From assembly GCA_004022145.1 (NCBI GenBank), contig RCNU01000001.1: a DNA stretch of 64,000 bases; one strand, written 5' to 3'. The notes beneath the pieces were generated by a model. The model did no database searches. It saw only the letters and a list, made by a program, of their open reading frames with translations, and was not told the origin of the DNA. Below are positions 13,540-22,696 of the stretch, piece after piece (the first letter of the stretch is position 1; each line of letters starts with the position of its first letter). Made by a program: the position numbers and the translations under genes. This DNA comes from Paecilomyces variotii (lineage: Eukaryota).

Positions 13540-14276
13540 ATAGGAAATGAATAATGGACGGTGGCTGGGTGAGCAAAGATGTTGAACAAAGAAACAGGGT
13601 GTGGGTCGAGATCTGAATGGAGAGTGGCAATGGCAGGTCAATAACAATAGGATTTTAATGTAGCATGTTGCGAGTTTCTAGGTAGTCAAAATTAACGCCG
13701 CTCACCACTTGAACGCAGGCCATCTTTTCATCCGTAGAGCAGGGTATATAGAAGATAAAGTCTGTATATGCTCCAGAATATCGTCAAAAATACTTCTAGA
13801 TTGTTCTTCGTATAGTATATACCTATAACCAATTGTTATGTACTTACCTAAGTCGTCGAGTCGAGGTTTTTGTATCGTTTCTGTTCTAGCGCAGTGGCAG
13901 CCAGAGCAAAATAACAAGTCTAGGAGCGCACTCTCCGTTAACCTATGTTCAACGTTATCATAGCCAGCCTTCCTATAAAAAAGCCTCAAAGAGAAGTGAA
14001 TAGACTGCCCTACCAGCCACAGGTTTTATAGATCTTTCCTTAGGAGAAGGTAAAATGGATCTTTCTCCTAGACTTCTTCTCCTAGACTTCTTCTCCTGCA
14101 ATTGCAGAGCGTACCTTCTCCTGAACATCAAGATCACCATCCTACATCGTTTTTGAAGAAGAAATAGCTGTTCACTGCGTTGTTGAGCTTCGACTTCAGA
14201 TCCCGTTCCATATCCGAGTCAAACTTGTACAATTCTCTTTGGAAAGCGTTCCTATCGACATCAGAAAGGAGTCAAT

Positions 14277-15862
14277 ATGCTTCTGAACGAACCATTTGAC
14301 TTCAATATGGAACTTGCCATGGGAAATGCCGGCAACGGAGCGACGTCTCCTATCTCTTCTCTCCGTAAGCTGATATATCCTGACGGTGCAGAGGTATAGG
14401 GCTAATTGTATGACAGAGTCTTTTGACGCTCATACTGGCATTGCTATGAACAATGGGGGCAGCGACCTTTTCTCTTCTGACCCTACTCTCCGTAAGTTGA
14501 TATACCTCCAGTGACGCACGTATAAAGGGCTAATTATATGGCAGACCCTTTCAACACCAACTTTAACTTTGCGTTGAGCAATGTCGGCAACGGACCTTCT
14601 TCTGCTGGTCCTGTTATGCGTAAGTCGATATATCCCAACGATGTAGACACATCGAGCTAATTGAAGAACAGAATCCTTCAAAACCAACTTTGATATTGTC
14701 ATGAGCGATGTCGGAAAAGGGCCTTTGTCCGCTCCTGCTGCCATGCGTAAGTTAATATGTGGATTCATTAAACATCTGGAGATATTGGGCTAACTTAGTG
14801 CCTTTGATAGAGTCCTTCCATTGCAACCTGAATATTGCTGCGAGAAATGTCGGCAACAGAATGCTTTCTCCCAACCCTACTCTGCGTGAGTTAATATATC
14901 TCAACAATACAGTTATATAGGGCTAACTGTACTTCTCCTGACAGAGTCTTTCAACAACATCAACACAGACATTGCTATTGGCAATGCCGGAAACGAAACA
15001 AACTCGTCTATTCCTCCTCGGCGTAAGTTCGTATATCTCAAGGATAATATACAGGGCTAACTGTACGGCAACAGAGGCGAAAGCCCCTCGACAGCACAGC
15101 GTCAAGGCCGTCCATGATCCTCGCAACGTCACTGAGTTCCGTCAGGACCAGGCAGATTGGTCTTGGGAGAATCTCCCAGACATTCTCTATACTTTCAAAC
15201 CCCCAAGAGCTCCAAGACAGCCAGAACCGGCGACAATGTCATACCAGATCCATGGCCAGTTCCTTCGTCACCTCCCCATCCTTCCGGACTGTATCTCATC
15301 CGACGTCGAAGAATTCCGCGTTGAAGCCTGGATGCGTCTCGATAGGCGTGTCCGTCTCGTCGATATCACTCAGCGTATGCACCCCGAGTTTCGAATCAAA
15401 CCAAACGCTCTTCAGCAGCGTGGTGTCCGGTTCCGAAAGGCATTCAACATGCTGGCATGGGGATCCGGAAACAAGAAGACGCTGGAAACCGAGGCCGAAT
15501 TGGTCAATAAGATGCGCAGCTGTGGAATCGACCCCGGCGTCAATTCCACTCGTGGAATGACGCCGGGGTTGATCCGTCCTGAACTGGGTGAGACCGGGGG
15601 TAGGATTGCTCTCCCCGAGCAATACAGCAGACGGTCTTTGGCTCCGGCCAGACCTGTGCCCGTTGTTGGTACAGATGCCGGGGACGGTAATGGGGGGGTC
15701 GTCAGCCTCTTCGAAGAGGCCATCGCGGCCTGCCTTTGGAAGGCCGTCGATAGGGAGGCGGCGACCCCTCCAACCGCCTTCGACCTCGGCATCGAGGCAT
15801 ATCTTGCCCACGACAAGATAATGAGGGCGATGGGGGCGGGGATGGGAGATGGAGTTTTTTAA
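14277..15862 (+). CDS. Uncharacterised protein, paralogue B, with an N-terminal array of repeated mini-exons (7 exons, 417 aa)
   Basis: Exons are 14277-14364, 14417-14491, 14545-14619, 14672-14746, 14811-14885, 14945-15022 and 15075-15862. All introns are GT..AG with GCTAA branch sites and all are phase 1. The splice product is one open frame that joins the ORF-track frame at AKAPRQHSV. Core domain: DWSWENLPDILY...LPILPDCISSDVEEFRVEAWMRLDRRVRLVDITQRM. Confidence 0.8.
14286..15074 (+). repeat. Diverged tandem array of six exon+intron units (period about 127-139 bp)
   Basis: Recurrent unit: AG|AGTCYTTCAA...ATTGC...AATGTCGGCAACGG...CCT...C|GTAAGTTRATATATC...GGGCTAAYTGTA...ACAG. Donors at 14365, 14492, 14620, 14747, 14886 and 15023. 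Acceptors end at 14416, 14544, 14671, 14810, 14944 and 15074. Confidence 0.9.
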
Positions 15863-15931
15863 TTTTTTTTCTTTTTCTTTTTTCTTTCTTCCTTTCTTTT
15901 TCTTTTTCTTTTTTTTAAAAAAAAAAAAAAA
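15856..15931 (+). repeat. Pyrimidine (T/C) tract directly followed by a poly-A run
   Basis: About 55 nt of almost pure T/C runs after the paralogue B stop, then about 15 A. Confidence 0.8.
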
Positions 15932-17954
15932 TTGGGAACTGGTTTCGGGGGCCCGAGGGGGCTACCCATGTCACAGCAATAGTTTTTAGTTTGGGGACGG
16001 GAACGGGAACGGGAATGTCATTCTTATTCTTATTTTAACCACATCATTATTGAATTCACTACTGCGTAAGCAAAGCATCGATTCATCCATATTACAAGCT
16101 GGCGACATTCGATTTGGCCCAGAAAGGAGCCATTCGCTGCCGAATCCCAGTCACTCCTATCTTATGTGAAAAGGATATGCATTTCCTTGGACCAGACCCC
16201 TTAATACATGGTGAATATGAGAAGAAGGTCGGGGCATATAAATCCCATGTGAGTATCAGATATATCCTTTTCTTTTCTCTATCTCTACGGAAAAAGCCGA
16301 GTGCCCAATATCCATATGGGCCCAGGTTCTGTCGTGTCCCTCGACGAATGCATTCTCAGAAAGCTTTTCTGCAATTCGACATTTCCTTGCAAGTAGTATA
16401 ACTAACGGCAAGCCCTGACGGCCGCACGCAGTTGCATAATGTTAGAGATCCAGGCAGACCAACTAACAGTTCTTTTTTTCGGTCGACTGGCAGAAAGTCA
16501 TCACATAACCATGTCAGCAAGAGTCGGATACCTATCCAATATTCGTCATCGAAGTTGATGTTCCTATATCAATATAGTGATGCTGTTAAGAAATTTAGGA
16601 TCCTGAAAAAATGAACAGTACAGAAAAGACCTTAGAACAGAAGCTGATATACTGGGAGCAATGTGAATGTATTGTTCAATTAAACGGAGCATGGTAAAGG
16701 AAGCCTGCCGATGACGCTCACTGGTGGCTGTCAGAGTCAAGTGGCGACGTGAAAACAGCTTTCACAATTACTATTCACCAAAAGTAGAGGGTAATCTCCA
16801 TTGAAAATTGGGAGTTACTTCCACGAGGGAACATAACCGCCACCATTCGCTACGACTATAAGCATTGATAAGGGCACTAAGTATTGCAAGCAACGCAGCG
16901 GACAACGAGAACCACGCTATATTAGACACGGATAAACAACAAAAGACACCAGCACCACAAGGGCTAAATGAAAGCCACGAGCAGACGCCGATCAGGTACG
17001 CGAGGCGAAACGTCAATGTGGCTAAGGGCCATCGCGCCAGCAAGTCTATCTCACTTCACTTGTGGTAAGAAGCAGCTGAGGTCAAAATCAGGGTGCTCCT
17101 ATATCGGTCTCGTTACTTGATTCGTGAGTCTATTAAATGCTGCGCGCATGTTGATATCCACTAGACATTTCAGTATATAGTCGATGGCTAGGAAAGGTTC
17201 ATAACTGATGTCACCGCATCTCATAAAGCTCCTGTGTAGCAATACTTACAATATGAAAGATCACACATATGAGTAACAGCTCTTGGCAGTTTTAAATGGC
17301 AAGCGGTCTACATTTATATACTTTCTACAAGAATACATTATCATAAGAACCGCACTTCAGGGAAATAGAAGACCCTTGGCTGCGTACATCAACAAATATC
17401 TTTATGATCTCTTACTATCCAATAAGGGCGCTCAAAATACACAAAATACTGTATCGACTGTGTCCAATCTGGCACTCGTTGACTGCTATGGACGGAGACT
17501 TCCAGCGCGGATTTAGCCGCCAGACTCGTGAATATAGATTGGTGTCTTTATTACACTGTATTCAGAGAGATCTATGAATAAGGGTTCAAGGCTTCGGCTA
17601 TTATTGTCTCTTTGATATTGACAATAGAATTCATGGCATATTGACAGCGCTAGGGGACATTACGCGGAATATCTATCGAGCGTAGGCGGCGTGCGTTCAC
17701 TGAGTCGAGGGCCACAACCTCGAGAGCCCAACACTTCTGATTTTAACATGGTCCCTCTCCTGAGCGAAATGCAACCCCAGTCCCTCTGATAACCAGAGAT
17801 TGAATTAAGCTACATTTCTCGTTACTCAACAGACCTGTGGAGCTCTTGCAAGAGCCATCCAGCCAGCCTCCCCAGATCAAAGGGCCAGCCTCCTGGAAGG
17901 CTGGATATCCTTGGGCAGTGAATGGACCCAGCCACTGATTTGCGCTCTAACACA

Positions 17955-19703
17955 ATGGCATTGAGCGCAAAAGAGACTCCCAACCTCCCCAAGATGGAGG
18001 CTGGTAAGGAAGAGTCTAGAGATAAGAGGTCCCACACCTCGAAGGTGGCTTCTGCCTCTCAGCCAGGTTCTGGTATGATGGACCGCACATGAAACTCGAC
18101 GAAAGAAAGTGGCTGATGTGTTATAGCGAACCACGCGGACACCCGTGTCTTCTGTCCTCGTAAGTTGCTGCTTATATGTGTAGAATTATGACTGACATAT
18201 GTAGATACCAAGGTCCCGGACTGTCTTCACACGTGCACCCATCCCTACCATTCGTCCTATTCGGAAGGATGTCTACCTCCGTTGATTTTCAGGTTGGATA
18301 CTTTGGTTACTGTGAAGCAGTCGTTCTTGGGTCTTCTGATTGAAAACGGAAAGACTGTGGAGGATGCAGATGGAGTCCCGATACGGGACTTCCCTTTCCT
18401 TCCGCGGTACATATCGGTCAAAGTATCAGGATGGCTGCTGGAATACTGGATGCGCACCGATACTCGATTGACGTATCGAGATATTAAAGCTCGCATGACC
18501 GCTCCAGCGAGCGAACTTCCCTTGGATAACACCCTCAATATGCGTCGAGAGCGCGAGGCTCGCACTCCATTGAAGCTTTCTTGTCTCACCACTCGTCGTG
18601 GACAGATATCGAGGAAGGAGGTTGAACGTGTTGAATCTTGGACCCCTGACCAGGTATCCTATAATACCACAATGGACATCGAATACGAATTGGTCGGAGG
18701 AAAGAAGGTTCCGTCTCGTCTGCGCTCGAAAACTTTGACCTCTTCAGAGCCCCGCTGTTACCCCTTGGATACGTTCCTTGACGGTAGGCGAATTCACACG
18801 CCAGGCCCACGTATCATGGAGACTATAGAGCTCTTCTATCAGCTCTCAGATACTGCGACTGCCTTGAATCTGCCATCATGGGTCGACCTCCCTCTGGAGT
18901 ATCTTCCGACTTCTTGGAAGCCACGCTCTTTCCCCTCCAGGACTAAATCGGGACCACGGCGCAAGTACATGACAAAGCACATCACCCTGGAAGATGATGA
19001 TACTGTGGAGCTCAACAGTGATACTGAGCAATATGAGAATGGAACACCGTCAACCGGTGAGGTAGACGATAAACGGAACACCGCAGAGAGTGCGCGGTCG
19101 ATATATGACACGGAATATGAGAGAGAATTGCTGAATCTCTCAGGGCTTCCTGTTGCGACGTGGTATAACGACTCTCTACGTCGTCCTGTATATGGCCAAC
19201 ATGATACTACCCAGCCCAGCGTATCTCAGTCCATCCTACCGTGGACCCCAATCAACGGTCACAAGAAGCAAGAGTCGCCAGTGGCGGATATGGAGCGTCC
19301 CATTAACGCGGTCACAGAACTGGTCAAGATGGAACGCTCGATGTCGCAATTTGGACGAGCAGTCCGGAACGAAACATCGCGTAGAACATTCTCCCCTTTC
19401 GAGTCATCCGAACATGGACAATTCTACGAAGAGGCTCTGAAAATGAACCCAGACGCAGAACTTCCATTCTCCTTGTACGAAGAACCAATCTGGTTCAATC
19501 GCTACCGCTTCAACAGCACGGGGCCTCACTCCATCAGGAATGACAGGAACCACCCATTGAATACTCACACTTTCGAAATCATGCGTCGCAACAATCCGTT
19601 CTTGCCCGAGAACTTGTACAACGACTCGCTGCCTGATTCTTTCGAGCAGTACCTCAATGACTCCATCAGACGCTTTCAGGGTAGTGCCTATCCTTCTCCT
19701 TGA
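17955..19703 (+). CDS. Uncharacterised protein, paralogue C, the most divergent (3 exons, 549 aa)
   Basis: Exons 17955-18072, 18127-18159 and 18205-19703 splice in frame (GTATGA..TTATAG; GTAAGT..CTGAC..GTAG). Core domain: SYSEGCLPPLIFRL...DFPFLPRYISVKVSGWLLEYWMRTDTRLTYRDIKARM...NTLNMRRERE. Confidence 0.75.
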
Positions 19704-20400
19704 GCAGTTCCTTGGATCTGGATCTGTTTCACTCTGGAGCCATTTGATAAAGCCTTTCTGCTCTTGTTTATTCTTGAATGTTGATACCATCTACTTTGGA
19801 CGGAGTTACCAGCTCAGGTCCAGGTTATGATATGATCGCACTCTCGTTCAGGATATGCCAGGATGAGCTCCTCGAAAGAGACGATGTAAATCAGTATCAG
19901 CATGTTTGCATTTTCTTGGCTCTTTAGCTTTCCCCTTCCAAGACAATTCACACGTCCTTGGGCCACTCACAAGTCGTTCTGTCGATCGATAACTCTCAAA
20001 AAAAGTCTCTTTGCTTTCATCATGATTGGTATTTACTTTTCTCTATGCCATTTCCATTTCATCCCTTTCACCATCCACACTTGAGTCCGACATTTTCATA
20101 TTTGATCGGTTTTCTCAATTGAGGTAAATAACACGGTCTCTAATATGGACGAAGGGTCTAATCTGGCCCAAAGTCTTTCAGATTGATTGTGAATATCCTT
20201 CTATCCCCTCTCAGGTTCCCTTCGTGTTTACTTTCATGTGGACCTTATGATGTATTATGGTTCAAATTGGCTATTTTCTCTCTGTCGATTAGAATGAATA
20301 GAATCTCTACGTGTCACGGTTGTATAAGTTTAACGTCTATGGATGACGTAGCACCACTACATGCATACAATCTCGGCCCTTTGATAACATGCCTTCCATC

Positions 20401-22051
20401 CTAGATAAGTATCACGCTGTCAAGTGAGGAAAACCCAGCAGCAACGCCGCCCTCGTTGCTTTCTTTGCCCTTTGTCCTCATTAGCCACCCTCCCTGTTCA
20501 TTGTGGATGATGTCTCCATTATCCTTCCACAATATAGTTCCAAAGACGCCTAGCTCTCCGATGACGTGTCCGCTTAGGACTTGGCCGTCACTTCGGAGAA
20601 CTACGTTCTTCGCTGTGGGAGGAGGCTGAATCATTTCCATCAGAACCCACCGCTTCCAATCAGTCTCCGGGATGGAACGGAGAAATTCAGGAATATCAGC
20701 CTTGTATATGTTATTGCCGCCACCCTCTCGTTGTGGTTTGAGAACGTGTTTCACAGCCGTCTCCGGGTTCAGTGCCAGTTCCCTTCCGCGGCCATTGGCA
20801 GAAAGATCGTACTGGGGAGCGAAGGTTCCCCGCAGATTTGAGATCATGCTAGGCTCTGTGCGTGGAAGAAAGCGGGAGAGATTGTCTGGCCCTGAGGGTT
20901 CAGCAAGGACCTGTTGGATCTTCTTACAGCCTGCCAACTGGTTGAGGACGGTAGGGCACTTGATCGCTGCGGATCGCTCCAACTGAAGTCTGGCATCCCA
21001 GTCACGTTCTGATTTATAGTCGGATGGGGTATAGAAGCTGCGGAGGTAAACCGTTGTAACTTCGAAGGGTGTAGACGGAGAGAACGGGGGTGTGTAAAGA
21101 AGGGGCCTGGACGGATTTGAGCTTGGTATGGACGTCTGGTTTAATATTTCCGAAGTCACTAGACGGAAAACAGGAATCTTATGGAATCTTGTGAGCTGTG
21201 ACGAGAGGGCCAGTTGATCGAAGAGATTTCGTTCGCCATCCTGAACGACGAAGAGCACACACAATGGAAGTGATGGTGTGGACTTGGATGGCCCGTAGGC
21301 TTCATGTGCTGCGGCTAGGCCGGCGGCGAGCGTGGGTACCGCCGTATTCTCCGGAGGCAATCGTCCATCCAGCAAAGGATGCTGAGGATAGCTTATTGGC
21401 TGACCTGGTGGAAACGAAAGGAGTTCTGTATGCATGGCTGTCACAAGGGATGACAGACCACCGAACGAGGAGGAGATGGTGTTGAACTCCACTTGTTTTA
21501 TCGAAGGTGCTGTCGCGTTAGGAGGGACATGTACCATGTAGTCCGACCGGTAAAGCCCCAGAGAAAGAGGCTGGACATAACCCTCCTTCTGTACAGCAAG
21601 GTGGACTTTCCACAGGCTCGAGATGAAGTCATCTACGTCGATAAGTCTACAACCGGGAGGATTTAGCAAGACGATATTTCCTCCAGCAAGGTAAGTGAGA
21701 CACAGTGGAACAAGTTCCCCGTAATGGAGAGACCAGATAGGCGACTCACTCTTCCATAACCTTCTCGAGCCATGCTGTATCGCAGGTGATGTTCGCATAC
21801 AGTTCGTTGTAGGCTTTCTGAAGGGCTGTCGCTTCTTCGAAACATGACTTGGGGAAAAGACTGGGGAACAATGTCACCGGTGCATTGGTTGCCAAGACGC
21901 CTTTCTCATCTGCACCTGCCGGTAGAGAAGCAGGTGAAGGCCTGACAGTGAGGCCATTGTGAATCGTCCAGTCCTTCACCGTCGTCACCAGGAACTGTTC
22001 CTGCGCGGGGTCCAGAGGGGGAGGGTAACTGGAGTAAATTGACTGGTCCAT
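20401..22051 (-). CDS. GSH2: Glutathione synthetase (eukaryotic type), 2 exons
   Basis: Motifs APVTLFPS, LGLYRSDYM, KQVEFNTISSSF, VLKPQREGGGNN, GELGVFG and RTK...EGGVAAGF. Intron at about 21647-21749. Confidence 0.95.
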
Positions 22052-22696
22052 TGATACGATATAAATGCCAGATCTGTGCCGGGTTTTAGTACAGGACTAC
22101 TCCCACGTCCTGACAGCAACTAGAATGAGCGAACAACCTCGTCAGATGTAGCAGAAGAAGAAAAAAAAGGATCATTGAGACGCCATCGAGCCCCTCCACG
22201 GCGCGATTCCTAAGCACACGAGGCGGGGATTTCTCTCCGGGCTCCCCGCGATAACCTCACCGCCCGGCAAAAAAACCGCGTGGGCTTTCTTTATCTCCTG
22301 GCGATCTTGGCCTGCTTTGACGTTCCCGGCTACAAACAGCGTCTAAACGTTGTCTAGGTAGCGTTGTTTTTTATCCTTTCAGTTACTCTCTATCTGGTTA
22401 TTTGTGTTTCTTGCGTCATCTTCAGCTGGCTGGGCAGACTGCATATTCAGATATCGTCATATTCGAAAGTCCTCCAGTTGTCGCGCCGCAACGCAAAGCT
22501 CTAGCTTTACAGGTCGCGTGCCGCTCCACAATATCGACATAGACAGCGACACTAGAATGGTCTGCGTTAAAAAGGCAATCGCCTCAGCTACGGTTTCTTT
22601 GTTTCTGGTGTCTAGGAAGCCGCAGTACGTTCTGTTTAGTCTTGTTCTTGACAATCTCTGGTCCCTCACCTAGCCGCTCCCGCAAGACCAAGAGAT

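Noticed and set aside
14286-15074. Regularly spaced repeats resembling a CRISPR-like repeat-spacer array
   Set aside because: The DNA is eukaryotic and has no cas genes. The repeats are degenerate and coincide with splice donors, branch points and acceptors, and the 'spacers' are homologous in-frame exons.
14972-15074. ORF-track N-terminus of the 296-aa ORF (MLLAMPETKQ...)
   Set aside because: It is out-of-frame exon 6 plus intron 6. The real frame enters at 15075 by splicing.
16100-17520. Short ORFs between paralogues B and C, including the hydrophobic 90-aa ORF at 16771-17043 (-)
   Set aside because: Most start at non-ATG codons and show no similarity to the cluster domain or any family I recognise. 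A degenerate gene cannot be excluded.
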